Part shown: one piece after another, positions 27,601 through 42,600 of the stretch
Layout of the letters: each line of letters starts with the position of its first letter
How positions within the stretch are numbered: the first letter of the stretch is position 1
Assembly: GCA_002633005.1 (NCBI GenBank)
Contig: NMRA01000157.1
Span: forward strand, 528,988 to 592,987
DNA from: Phoronis australis
Taxonomy: Eukaryota; Animalia; Phoronida
Length of the DNA: 64,000 nt
Direction: 5' to 3'
The notes under the pieces: model-generated
What the model was told of the DNA's origin: nothing
Databases searched by the model: none
The model's input: the letters and a program-made list of their open reading frames with translations, nothing else
Position numbers and translations under genes: made by a program

Positions 27601-30600
27601 CATGTTGCATGCTGAATTTTGTAACACACAATCACCTTCTAAGCTGTACACTAGTTGACTGTTGACTCCGACGTCGTCATCACTACACCACAGGGTGGTG
27701 AGCACACGATGACTATAGTCACCCTCTGGTACAGCAAACTGGAGATTGGTGGAGCGAAAAACAGGAGCGTGGTCATTAACATCATCAACTGTCACAGTTA
27801 CCTGGACATAGACAGAATGCAACTTTTAATGAAAATAAACACAACCCAGTAAATGAACAGTGACAGTAGCACTAGGTATATACATAATAGGCACAAGTGC
27901 TTACAGCAGCACCACATATGTACATAATAGGCACATGTGCTTACAGTAATACAACATATGTACATAATAGGCACAGGTGCTTAGAGTAGCACCACATATG
28001 TACATAATAGGCACATGTGCTTAGAGTAGCACCACATATGTACATAATAGGCACAGGTGCTTAGAGTAGCACCACATATGTACATAATAGGCACATGTGC
28101 TTATAGTAGCACCACATACCTATATAATAAGGCACATGTGCTTACATCCAACAAACACCTTTTTCATTTGATCAAGCCTTTGCAACTTGGTGCAGCCGGA
28201 TGCAGCCACAAGTAAAGCCCGCCCCACGACTAATCAATAATGTCTTTAATCAATAATGCCTTTAATCAATAATGCCTTTAATCAATGCCCAAGCTTGACT
28301 TCACATCCACCGCCTGATCTCTTCAAACACTAAGTTGGCTGTTAACCCCAGCGACTACGGCATACAGTAATATTGCACATGTTGGACAAAGAATCAATGC
28401 AAAAACAATTCAAATTTGAGAACTTATCGTTAATTTGAGAACCGACAAGGATGATAACTATTACTTAAATGAGTGAAAGGTGACTGATTTATTCTTTTTG
28501 CAACCACATTTGAGAGAACAACTCAAATATTCCAACAGTAATTCAATCGTACTATCACAACAGGGCGACACTATCACAGAGTTAACAAAAGAATGGTGTA
28601 TCAAGATCACTCAACAATCACTGCCCTTAATTTAAAGTTGAGACCATACCACTGCATAAGCTGTCCGTTCTGGAATGCGACCATCCACAGCTCTTACAGT
28701 GAAGGTATACTTGTCCACAAGTTCACGGTCCAACCTCTTTGCTGTAGTGATGTTACCCTGGTAACAAAACAATCTTATCAGTTGCTACCTCCATAAAATT
28801 ACTAAACACTACGATATTTAACATCTGTCCTGGATTGTATTTAATGAAGATGGTTTTGAGAAATCGGGCAAGTCTCCAGATTTTGTTGGGTATTACAAGC
28901 ATCGTCAATCTTTTACGGCACTCTTTTAATTCAATGCAAGCTCAAGAAACGGTTAATAGACAGACCATTAATTGAAGGAATCTGCATCGTTTAATGCGAG
29001 GCATCATCCATTACCAACAACATTTTCAAAAGCATACAATACACTCTTTTGCCAGAACCCTCCTCCTCATAAAGAATATACTACTAGGTCATGTTTTATT
29101 CTCCATGATACCATTTGTACAACAACTCACTTGTTGCCAACAGTTAACCCCCTTTTACCAAGTGTGCATCACAGTTTAAAAAAATTCACTAATTAAGCAT
29201 GACATGGATGTGACGCGACAAGCAATTGCAGTTTCTACTATAAATGTAGGATACTATTCAAATTTGGCTAAATTCAAAACATCAAACCTCCAAAATGGCT
29301 AACTGAATTGGACTAGTGTGAAACTTTCAGATACTTTTTGCACTGTTTTCCAAAATCCTCTTAGGAAGTGTTTTTAAAATGTTTCACTTTTGCAGGAGGG
29401 TTATAAAAATAGGACAGTTATGGCTGTTAAGAAAAAACTCAAAGATGCATATAACAAAACTGTAACAGTGGTTTTGAGATGTCACCTTGAATATTATATC
29501 AAATAAAATTTGATCACATTATTGATATCATTGTTATGCTATCAATGTAAATTTCTTTTTGCCAAATTTTAGTAAAAAAGACAATGTCATTGGATCCAAA
29601 GTAATGAGAAGTTGGTAAAATGTCAAAAACGTAATTTCACACACTTTTTGATTTCAGAAAATATGTACTTTTACTGAGTTTTGTCAATATTTGGCAGACC
29701 TGTCAAAGACTGTAACAATATCTTAAGACCTACGAGTAATAATTAAAACAACCAGCAAAACAATCATTGTAAATAGCCCATGGCATTGGGGTTATGCTAC
29801 CTGAAAACTTTGCAACTGGGCTGTAAACTTTATTTTTGAGGATTTCTGATAGCACGCATTTAGCGCACTGTATCACAAAGTTGCTAAATTCAAAATGGCA
29901 GAGTCAGGCTGCACTCGAAACATTTCTTAGTGGTAAAAATGTACTTCAAGAATATTGCAAAAGGAAAAGAAACTGGATTGAGTCAAATTCTGATAAAATA
30001 TTTTAGAAACTAACAATGCCCTAAAATTAAATCACTTTGGAGTTAAAACGCAAATTCACTGGAAATAAAAAGGTGAGACCAGTTCACATACCGATTTGTC
30101 ATGCATCTTGAAAGCGTCACTGTTCTCGATGTAATACTTCATGACTACACTCGGAGACTTCACAGATGCTGACACAGTTGTCACATAGGTTCCTGCATCT
30201 AGTTCCTCATCGATATGAACTTTATAGGTCATGTTGTTAAACTTGGGTGTGTCATCATTGATTTCATCGACCTTGACCAACAGAAGGGCTGTTCCACTCC
30301 GTGGCGGCTTGCCCATATCCGTGGCAACAATGGTAAGCACCAATGTTGAGTTGTCAGTTGTGTCGTTATAGACACCGTTACCAATGAGTTTTTTATTGAG
30401 CAGCTCATTCTTATCAATTGTTTTAGCAATGCTTATCAAGGCCGTCACGTTATTGATCTTAAAGTAGTCTCTCCCAAGTCCCTCCAGAGAGAATGTAAGA
30501 CGAGCATTGCTTCCCACGTCAGCATCTGTTGCCAGTGGATATGCAATAGGCGAGTTAACTGGTGACTTCTCCAGAATGTTCACATGATACTGAGTCTGAG

Positions 30601-33600
30601 CAAACTTTGGATGTTCATCATTGATGTCATCTATGATGACAGTCACAGTGACAGTACCCGTCAGTGGTGGTCTGCCAGAATCCATTGCACGAACATCAAA
30701 GACATAGTCTGTTGTTTTCTCACGATTCAGCGCACTTCGCACAGTCAGCCACCCAGCCTTATCCACAGCAAATGGTACTAGAGAAAAAACAAAGTTAACA
30801 TTGTTGCTTGAGTGACAGGGTTTACTTACAAAAGTATGCAGCAATGAATGCTGTTTTGGTAAATAAGTAACTCAACTGTGTGTTATTTACACTAAAACAT
30901 GACATAGAACTGCAGCTAGTGTATAGAGTCACTGTATAGAGTCACTGTATAGAGTCACTGTATACAGTCACTGTATAGAGTCACTGTATAGTCACTGTAT
31001 ACAGTCACTGTATACACTCACTGTATACAGTCACTGTATACAGCCACTGGATTGCAGAAATGTGAGCATAAGTACTTGTTGCTTCCGGCAAAGGACAAGA
31101 TAATATCAGTGCGGCACGATTGTTTTAAATTCACACACCAAATAGTGCAACAATAAAGTTGGTGAACCAGGGACCCACTCCATACAGTAACTGTTAAATC
31201 TTATCACAAGATTCAACAAAGGTATACTTACATGATGTATTTAGAGGCATATAAGACACTTTGCTGTTGTCACCAAGGTCAAGGTCAGTTACTGTGAGGT
31301 TGCTCACGACAAAACCATTTCCTACATCTTCAGCAACGTGAAAAACAACACTACTGTGGTCAAATGTGGGTACGTTATCGTTTATGTCGATCAGCGTTAC
31401 GTTAACAGTAACGTAAGTTTCCAAACTGAATGGTGTTACTCCCCTGTCCTGGGCAGATACATTCAGGAGGTAGTATGGTTCTGTCTCTCTATCTAATCCT
31501 CCTGTAGTGAAGATCTCACCTACCGTAAGACAAGAAACTTTGATAATTTACAGAGGCTAGGGCTGCAACAATTTTTCAGGACCACTAACGTGAACTGGTT
31601 AACTGGTTTAAAGTTCAATGCTTGGGTTTATCTGTACACTGGTATGATAAAATCAAACTGAATATCTTATTTCAAACAATTCCACCGGTAATTTTGAAGC
31701 AGAAAAGCAAAAAATGAAGCGTTGAATTTTGCTTTTCTGTATTGTTATTTTCGCTAAAGCCTTAGCAATCTTCAACCCATTATCTCCCTAAAGTAATCCA
31801 TTCACATATCAGGTAAGTCAAACAAAAGCAATGTCTAAATCTCCATACAATAGTCTTCACACTTTCAAAAGGCTATACCTGAATTTAGACCATATGAATT
31901 CTTGAACACAAGCTTGTTCAATACAAAAATCTGACAGTTTGAAACTGGAAAACATGCCCTCACGGAGTTTTAGCTGGCTAAACTAGACAATCACATTCAT
32001 TCACGAAACAAACCTGAGACTCTGTCAATGTAAAACTTCCCGGCACTACCAGTAACTATTGAATACTGGACCACTTTGTTATTTTCAATGTCACCATCAG
32101 AAGCATTCACTTGACCGACTAGAGCATTTGACGACACATTCTCCAGAACAAAGAAGGCATACGGTGATTGGTCAAAGTGTGGTTTTTTGTCATTGATGTC
32201 CGTGAGTGAAATGCTGAGGTTTGCTGTTGCATTCAGACCTTTACCAAGAGCATCAGTAGCCACAATCTGGAAGACAATAAAAAAGACCGTTAAAATCTTT
32301 TCTCTAAACACATACTTGCATAGGTTTATGAAAAGGGGTAAAATCTTTTTTCTGTAAAGGTTCATTAAAACAAATTGCATTGCAAGTACTTGAAAATACT
32401 ATTTTAATATATTTAAAGCACTATTCATGTGGCTCAAGAACTGCATTTAAGCAGCAATCGTTTAATGTTATTCAGTAACGAGCATGTTTTCTCACACAAT
32501 TTACATAACGCTTTTCATTTGCCCATATTACCAGAGATTAGTATTTTTTACCTTACATGTGTTTAGTCACTACCTATTACTTGTAATTGTATTAGTCATA
32601 TAACTGACCTTACTTGTAATTGTATCTTTCACATAAATGACCTTACTTGTACTTGTATTAGTCATAATAAATGACCTTATATATCGCCTACCCAGGTCTT
32701 GGTTTCATCTCCGGTAACGAGCTTGCGACGCACGAACGATTTTATATCATTCGGGACATACGTCGATCACAAAGATATAGATGCATGTAAGTGTTTTCTA
32801 TGAATGGATGCTTTGAGACAATTAAGCACCCAATATGACTCTACTGGAGTCAAAGAGATTGTGTACATAGTAGATGCTACTGAATACAAGTTATGAACTC
32901 TTCAACAAACTGTTACCATAAAACAGTAACTAAAACCAGCAACAAAAACCACAAGCAAAGTACAGCAACTCATACCTACAAAAATGTAACAGAAATAAGA
33001 CATACTGAATGGATAATAGCAATAAAACAGTTCACTGTTACAAATAAAGACAAAGCAGCAAGTCAAGCAACATGTTTCTTACTCACTTGCAAGAAGTAGG
33101 AGTTTTGTTTCTCCCTGTCCAGGGCCGTAGAGTCATTGGTATGTACAATGAGTTTTACTACAGGGTACTGGTCACTTATGATGAACAAGTGACTTCCTTC
33201 ACCAATAAGAGTGTATCGGAATTGCTCATTGGTTCCTGTGTCTCTGTCCGTCACTTTAATGGGAGGATCCTACAGGGCAGCAAAATAGGTGCGATGAACA
33301 AATGAGGAGATAATGCTTGACTTCACAAAATACAACGGCAGATGCAACACAAGATGTTTGTAATGGATCTAATTTCAAAGCACATTGGACACAAGACAGT
33401 AGCACACACTGAGGAAGAAAATGGTTCACTGTCATGTTTCAGTGCCTTCTGATTTAGACCATTTAATGTTACTGTAAAACTAATATCGACTTGTTCCTTG
33501 TTCAAGCAGTGGTGTCTGATCCTGAAAGAAACTGAAAGTTTGTAGTTACCTAAGACCATATTCAGCAAATATAATGACCTGACGCGATAAGCTGACTGGT

Positions 33601-36600
33601 AGCAATATTGAACTTTTAGTTATTTTCAAGCCCAAAAATAAGGTCTAACTTGGCAAATAAAAAATTTGAGATCAATTCCTTAACAGCATAACTGTAAGTC
33701 ATGACAGCGTTTTCCCATTCAGTGATTTTACCAGATGAAGGGGGTTCTGAGTGTGTGATAACATCTAGCTTCTTTGTTAACTACCAAGCACATTCTTTTG
33801 TCTGTTATGACAACAAGCAGGCCACTTATCTACCAGGCTTATTACAGACCACGTGTGAACACAGTCAAACTCAGAGTGAATTGGTGTATTCGGAAAGAAC
33901 TAAACATAATCACCATTTGACGAAGATTTCAGAAATGCTATTGGTTTATGTTCAAATGTGTTATAACTTAACTTTTATTTTTAACAGCACAGCCCGGTTA
34001 TTGGAGATTAGAGCAATTATCGAACAAAAGAGAGCTGGCCCTCCAATTATAAATGCCAGAATAGAGTTAATCAGTCATGTACAATATTGGCTACTGGGAT
34101 AAACTTCCCAACTTGTTGTTGGGCTATAGAATCGAACAAGTTGGGAGCAAAAAGGAAAACGCCGTAATGTGATTAAAATCAAAAGTTACTTTAACTTCTC
34201 AATTTACAAAACGATAAATGTGGACATCACCAATTCCATAAACAAAATCCAACTGTGGTGGCAGAGATTCACCAATTCCAAATGTGGTCCAGTTATCTGA
34301 AACACTGCCAAATAATATGGCAGTCATCACTACCATTACTCAACATGCAGGCCCCACTAATGTAGAGGTTGTAGAGATGAAGACACGACTCAGTACTTGT
34401 TGTGTAATGCTCAAGCTATACTAGCCAGAGCAAGCCCAGAAGAGGTCGCACATTGATCGCCGAGGTTATTGTTGCTTACTTACCACTAAAACAGCAGCTC
34501 CATCTGTAGAGTGTTCTGCCACTGAGCCAAGATAGTTCGAGGCAGCAAACTCAGGTGCGTTGTCATTTACATCCAGGACTGTAATTACCACTTCACATGT
34601 TCCCTGAGGATGACACCATTAAAGATTTGAACAAAGATGACGAACATTTTCAAGTTGGCAAAATTCGATGGAACTAAAGCCTCACTAAGCTATAGTGCAC
34701 TATCAGTGCATCGTAACTTAAATACTTATGAATTTAGCAACCATAACAAATAAATATACAACAGTGACTCTAATCCAAATTAAAAAACCACATGAAGTAC
34801 ACATGGCTTGAATCCAGGCGAAGTGATAAATGATTAAAAAAGCTTGTAATTAAAAAGCCGGTACCAGGCCTTTTAGGCATTAACTGCAATATAGACAAAA
34901 CATACACAAACATTACCTATGGAAACTTATTACCTGGCGAAATGGGACACCTTTGTCTTTTGCTGTGACAATAATTACATATTCTGAGGTCTCCTCACGA
35001 TTAAGTTTGCCCACTGAAGTGATTTTACCATCCTGTCAAACAAAAGAGTGCTTACCTTCAGTATATATTAAACTATACAGCCACATGTTACCATCCTGTC
35101 ACACAAAGAGTGTTTAACATCTGATCATATTACAGTATCAGAGCCACAATTTACCTTCCTGTCAAACAAAGAGTGTTTAATTTCAGTAGATATTACACTA
35201 TACAGTCACATTTTCTAGCAGCATTAAGACTGTAAGCAACTCATGTGTCAATATTATGAAAGCTTTTTGATCATTAAACAAGGTCCAACATCTTTCTTTT
35301 TTAATTTTAGTCTGTTTCTTTACGTGCATCGTGAAGAGTGGCAGGTTTATAATGCTTGTATTATCTTGCATCATGAACAGTAGCAGGTTTATAATGCTTG
35401 CATTATCTTGCATCGTGAACAGTGCTAGGTGTCCAATGCTTGCATTATCTTGCATCGTGAACAGTGCCAGGTTTATGATGCTTGTATTATCTAGCATCGT
35501 GAACAGTGGCAGGTTTATAATGCTTGTATTATCTTGCATCGTGAACAGAGCCAGGTTTATAATGCTTGTATTATCTTGCATCGTGAACAGTGCCAGGTTT
35601 ATAATGCTTGTATTATCTTGCATCGTGAACAGAGCCAGGTTTATAATGTTATCTTGCATCGTGAACAGTGGCAGGTTTATAATGCTTGCATTATCTTCAA
35701 TCAAGCTGTTAAACAGCTATCTTCATTGAAATGTACGCAATATTACTTTTTGAAAAACTAGAAGAAAAGATAAAAACAAACTAAAGAGGAGGAACACAGA
35801 AGGAAAAAATTTCCAGACACCATCACTAATTCTCACCACACCTGTGATATATTAAAAAGGTCCTTTGCATTGCGGGACGACAGTCTATACTCAATCTCCC
35901 CATTTGATCCACGGTCTTTATCCGTTGCATTCACTTGACCAACAAATTGGTTTGTGTCTCCACCGGCATCGTTCTCCGACACATTGAAGTAGTAAACAGA
36001 CTGGGCAAACACTGGATCATTGTCATTGACGTCAACAAGTGTGATATACAGGTTAACCTGNGATAAAAACAAACTAAACAGGAAGAACACAGAAGGAAAA
36101 AATTTCCAGACACCATCACTAATTCTCACCACACCTGTGATATATTAAAAAGGTCCTTTGCATTGCGGGACGACAGTCTATACTCAATCTCCCCATTGGA
36201 TCCACGGTCTTTATCCGTTGCATTCACTTGACCAACAAATTGGTTTGTGTCTCCACCGGCATCGTTCTCCGACACATTGAAGTAGTAAACAGACTGGGCA
36301 AACACTGGATCATTGTCGTTGACGTCAACAAGTGTGATATACAGGTTAACCTGAAAATAATATAAGAAAAAGTCGCCTCAGGAAAACTGACACAGAGAAG
36401 TGTGACAAACTACAAACACTTCAACCAGCACTTCATTTCCATTACAACTTATGTCTAAGAAGAAATACGTTACTCAAGACTAAGAAACTGGATTTAAATA
36501 TTTCTTGTCATGATAAAATCAGTTTCAACATTCAATTTGCATTATGTAAAAACCCGCAATTGAACTGAACCAGAAAATTTCTGGCCGACCAGTCCTGTTT

Positions 36601-39600
36601 TTTTTCTGAAGCGTTTTAATTTTTTGATTTTGTAAATGCTCTGGGAGTCCTTGTGGCAACCTGTACAAAGTCCCAAAGAAGACAAAAAAATGCTCATAAC
36701 AATTTGTATGGGGTCAAGCAGCTTAGTTTTATTTTAGTTTTTCAAATTATGGAAATAAAAGAACTTGGTCTTTTAAATAAATACTAGTCCCCTGAGCAAT
36801 CCATAACAACATTAAAAACATTAATGCATACACATGTAAATATGTGGGTGCATAAAAATGCATCTATCATGACTTCTATTGAGGTGTACGCAAAAATGTT
36901 TTGAATGCAGATCAACATTCTTAGCTGAAACTTTAGCTTAAGTGATCACATAATAAGTATTGTCTAATTGTATCAATTTAAGCAAAGGAGACATTGAGTA
37001 ACATCAGTAAAACAAGTCATTTTCAACATCCGTTGGTCAATAAACACCAACCCCTAGTCTATTAACATTGGCATGACATTTTTGTCAGTTATTTCTCCAG
37101 CCATCTTTAGGTATTATAGCATTCTCGGAGGAAAGAGCACAAAAATGTCCTACATTTATAACTCTGTGCGGAATAGTGGCTAGAGTGCAACACTGACAAT
37201 TGAAAAGTCCATCAGTTCAACTCTCAGCTTGTCTGAAAAAAGTGTAAGAAAAGTTCGTCACTGACCACCAAGAGTGTATCACATATTCATTCTACAAAGA
37301 GCACTTAACATCTGAAGATGGCTGGAGAGAATCTGACTGAAACATCATGCCAATGAGAACAGGCTCGGGTTGTTGATGGAAATAGAACAATAGATCACAA
37401 CTCCCACAGTAGCTTTGGGAATTAAGTAACATCCACTTAAATGCTTACACTGGAGTTGAGCTGGCCATCAGATGCCCAAAGTGTCAGGTTGTAATGTTCT
37501 TGTTTCGTTATGTCCAGTCGTTTGGCAAGCTTCACAACACCAGTGCCAGAATCAATCTCAAACATGCCTGAAAAAAAGTTACAAACAACACTTCTAAAAC
37601 ACCAGTTAATTTATTGTCAGCTGAAAAACATCTCCTCAGTTCCAGTTTCATGATTCATTTCTTCACATCTTCTAGCTAGTAATAAGCCATTCAGTCAATA
37701 GTTAAATCATTGAAAAAATCTCGCTAACATGCAAATTGCTAAGCATATACTTTATCGCATTCACCAGACCAGGGGTGGTTAGAGATAATAATACCAATAA
37801 CATCAATGACAAACAGACACGTTCAATTCTCATCTCTGGAGAGACTACAGGAAAATTACAATGTCATTTGATATATTTTCCATTAATTCTTTATGATCAG
37901 GTTGCATTAGTGTAAAACTATACCTGATATTGCAATATTGATGTCATATTGTCAGCAGTATTTTGACATTGATTCACCAGGCCTAGATTGCATAAAAGTT
38001 ATCCTCTAGACAGCAGTAGCTGAATAGTGTACTCGAGGTCATGCACTAAAGAAGCTTGTCCACTGGATAAGTTTGGAAATTTCATGCAATCCAACTCAGG
38101 AATGTAAATCACTGCCAGTTCCTAATGGAATTAAAACTTATTCCTACATACCTTAAAAGGGATTTAAATGAGGCAAACATGAGTGGGTATTCAAAAAACT
38201 GATGCTCAACACATTTTTATAAGAAATGTGGCTCACCATTTGGATCTGTGGAAGTGTCAATGGAGTACGATATCCCAGTGTACTTGGGCAAGTAGTCACC
38301 ATCTGTAGCCACCACTGTAAGTATGACTGAACCAACAGACGACCCTTCAGAGAACGATGGCACAGTGTACTGGGGCTCTTTAAACACTGGCGGATTGTCG
38401 TTGATATCGTCCACATAAATGACCACCTGTTTACACCAATTGTATTTTTAAAACCTAGTAGACATTGAATAAACTGTATGGTGTTTGTCTGTGTCACTCC
38501 TATTTAACCAAATTCTCAGTATTGTGTATAGTCATGTGATTGTTACGAACACCAGCAAGAAAAGGAAACGACATTTTATGTCAAAAAAACACAGATGAAA
38601 AATGTTGTTCAGTAAGGAAATATTTACATTCATTTGGCCTAAAAATGCCACACTTTATAAGAGTTCAAATTGATGTTCATCAAACCTACTAACAAAAGGA
38701 ACACATGGAAGGAGACAGTTTCCAAAAATGCTCCCCATTAATCAAAGCTGCATTTTGCCATTTATAAGTGACAAAAATGGAAATGACATTGTTTTTTACA
38801 ATTGGTCTCAAAACATTCCTTACTATAATAAAAGTCCATTTCTGTTTCCAAGGAGAACATCAAAACCATTACAGACTAAAGCAAACGCTTCAGAGTTTAA
38901 TGGCATTGGCCAACTCAAAATATTGAATTCGAAAATGGCACACACACACATTGCCACTGACTTGAGTTGGTAACAGAAATCAAATGTTAATAGTCAGGAC
39001 TATTACGAGACTTAATTTATGAGAGCTAAAGCTCTGGTTTGACTTTTGTTTTAAGTCATCTGAACAGAACTGTATGTAGTTTTATTGAGTTGCAAAGTCT
39101 AAGACAGTAGTGACTTAAACTTGAAGTAAAACCCCCACTCACCACATCAATTGGCAACACTTAAATCAAATATATCCACACCCTAACAATTGGTTAATAG
39201 TGAACTCTGACTCGCAGAGACAAAGCAATAATTAGTTACAGCAGTAACACAGAAAATGGAGAGGTTTAAGAAACTGCAGCAACACACTACATAAGAATCC
39301 AAATGCAAATGACTCATCAGGCCTATCTCACATAATCTCATAATGCTGTCAGCAGTGAGTTAGAATTCCCATAAAGCCAACCAACATACCACAGTAGTGG
39401 AAGTCCTTATAGGAGTTCCATGATCTCTAACTTGAACAGTAACACGAAACACTGCACTGCCGTTGGAATATTCCAACCCCTTCTCTCGATCAAGCTCTTT
39501 GACAACTTTGAGAGCAGCCTGTAAATTAGAGCAAAATGGTTTTGGTCACCAAAAAGGAAAAGGATTTGTAAACAATCAAAGACACAAACCACAGTGGTCC

Positions 39601-42600
39601 AGATCAGGTTTTCAATGAAAAATTCGAACACTCAGCTACAGAATTAAGACATGAACCTTGAACTGACAAGGAAAACAGGAATGAATTTTGCAATCTCGCG
39701 CTCTATCAAAGGAACAAACTTTTGATTTTGACCATTTATCGCTGTTAAACTGACCATAACCTACTGCTTACTCTGATGAGAAGTGCTCTAAAGTCTTGGA
39801 AAGAAGTGACAACTCACAATATTGCTCGAGACCACAGTAATCAAATAACATTTAAATTGTTGTGGTAAGACAATTTGAGGGCTGCCAACCCAAATAGCCC
39901 ACTATCTGTCAATTTTCAAATATTTTTTTCAGAGTTTAACTTTCAATCAAAAGAGGGTGTAAAATACCCCAAAATAACATATTTAGCTTCAAACAATGAT
40001 CAATTAAAAAGCGTGACAAAGACTCGGCTTTAGTTCATTTCATCGCACTTGACCTCGGGTCAACAGACCTTCATATTTCATTGATTTCTGATTTACGATG
40101 CTGCAGTAGACACCTGGGTTAATTCCCAGCACTATAGATGGCACTGTGAAACATGGTGAAGTTTATGTTTTATTTAAGTAAAACAATTCCTTGCTAGACA
40201 TCTTAACATGATTTCAGTAGCAGATGACATTTCCACTATGCTAAAGCCAAGAAAGGATATTTTTCAAAGACCAATCACAAAGAACCTTCATATGTCAACT
40301 GCATAACACAATGCTACTGAGAATTTGTCTTTGTTATAAGTCGAACCTCACGTTCTTAAATATTACCAACAGGATTATTCTGCCCTGAACTTTGGCGTTC
40401 TCACTTCACAATTAATTATAAGGAATTTTATACTCTCACCTGCTTTTTAAAGACAAACAAATGCAGCTCAAAATCCATGACATTTTAAAGATCATACAAA
40501 ATGACTTTTTTAGCTATAAAAGAACACAGAATACCAGTTAATCTATAAAACTAAGCAGCCTTACAACTTACTCAACCTGGTCACAACAAGCAATAACGAA
40601 CTGTCAGTTATCTCAAGCACACAAATCCCCTCCATTACCAGTAAGGAGAAAACTGAGATAAACTTCATAACTGGAAGTAATCTCAATCAAAATTTTTCTT
40701 GATGGAAGGTGAGTTTATAGCCACAAGTCATTAACAACAAACTTGTGTTGGTTACTGATAGTTTGAAAGAAGAAGACTTACTAGAATTAAAACTTGACTT
40801 GTTATTTTCAGAAAAAGAGACAAAAACAGGTTAGAATTAACTTTAAAAATAAACAATATTTTCATTTACCGTGTTGCCAGAAGAGCTGATATTGAAGTGA
40901 TCATCACCCAGAATACTGAATGACAACTCTGAGTTAGTTCCAACATCTGCATCAGTCGCCGTAATGTTGACAACGAGGGACAAACTGGCTCCCCCTATAG
41001 GACAGCAGATGACTAGTATCAACAGAAGACTCATAGTGAACTGGAGGAATGTGCCAATGTACGTGCCAGGTATGTTGCAGACAAAACACTAGTTGAAAAA
41101 CGAGGACTTTTGTCCTTCAAATATCTATGCACAGAGGAAATAAGTTATCAATTCACGCAAAATCTAAGATCGATCAAATTTAACACTTTGAATAATTTCA
41201 AAGCTCAATCAGCTGGTAATTATCATTGGCCCATAAAATCCATTAACTGTGATGACTCAGTTGTTCTTTATCAGAAAAACGCTGAGAACATTAAGGGTAT
41301 TAATGTTAAATAGATAGCTGGAAAACACTACACAAGGGAAACACAGCTAAATGCAAAGATTTGAATACAGGTAATGAGATTTTGTCTCACCGTCTATCAA
41401 GTGAAATCTGACCAGCATGAGAAAACAAAAGACCAGGCACACAAAAAACTCTCTCACCTTCAAGTACCCGGCCCTGATATGAGCTTGCTGTGAATGATGG
41501 TGCATTATCATTCACATCTGTTACTGTCACATTGACTTGGCATGACACCTGGTGGTAGAAAACGGGGAAATTGCATGATTTTAAGTGACGTTTTAATAAA
41601 ACTGAATAAGTAAACAGATACCAATCAACATTAAATTTGGGTTTGGTGTATTTCATTGTAAAAGCATGTTGAGTTGCCTTAACTTCTGTCATAGATTGCA
41701 AATTTCTCATCTTAGTCACATCAGAACGCATAGACTAACTTTTCCCCATTCATTTCAGTCCATTTTACGTTTTTGGGTATCAATTTTTACAAAACCACAA
41801 CGCACAGATGAATAAGCAAACTCACTTCTGCTTGTGATGCCAAAATACAGCAAAAAGTTTACAGTAAATCTGGTTTAAATATTACAAAATCACAGACCAA
41901 AACCTGACGTAAACCCATAGAATGCTTCACACCACAAAATCCAACACACTGAATCCTTTTGTGATACAGCAACATGCGTTCACCAAATTGGACATTCACT
42001 CACATTATTCAAAGCAGAATCTGAAGCCAGAACAGTCAACAAAAACTGTTCTTTTGTCTCACGATCCAGAGATGTGACAACATAGAGGTCTCCAGTGTTG
42101 TTGTTGATACCAAAATGGCCATCCTGATTACCTGTTGAAACAACCATAAGCATATTGGACTGCAATCAAAAAATAAGGGCAACTGTGACAAGTAAGCAGT
42201 AAAACATTCCATTTGCAATGGTATCATGTCTGAGCTATTATAATTATAATAACAGCAATGTAGAACATTGACATGTGCCCAACTTGTGCATTGTACATAT
42301 TGCAAATACAAGGGATGATTATTATTTCAAATATTCCCATTAAATGGAACAGTGCTAGTTAACTTAAATTAGCCCATAGGGAGTGCATAGCAAGTCAGCT
42401 AAGTTCTCCTCAACAGGAACACACCAACTAAGTCGTAAAAAATAAAACTGGCACCAGGGGGCACAGCAGTAGTCAGATGTGTTTAATAGTCATCATCCGT
42501 TGCCACGTTCACAGAAATACATTACCAAATTTCACAGATTCTGCAGGGGTTTACGAGAACCATGGATGCACAAAAGCAGAACTGCCACTAGGGGGTGCCA

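Noticed and set aside
27863-28145. 40-bp repeat array as a CRISPR array (also 35326-35697 and 59733-59933)
   Set aside because: Units are head-to-tail with no unique spacers, there are no cas genes, and the context is a eukaryotic intron.
35198-35761. Repetitive ORFs (168, 132 and 75 aa)
   Set aside because: By-products of the 42-bp minisatellite; the cadherin frame is complete without them.
37168-37240. Functional tRNA gene
   Set aside because: Only box-like remnants; no intact cloverleaf could be drawn.
39770-39810. Further CTGA(A/T)GA...GAAA matches (also near 13182, 46254, 56643, 62872)
   Set aside because: Each lacks a cleavage triplet or a convincing stem I/II, so they cannot be told from chance.
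42132-42159. Upstream acceptor at 42159 suggested by the ORF track
   Set aside because: Phase 0, incompatible with the phase-1 donor at 43974; acceptor 42131 restores IIEGNQDGHF.
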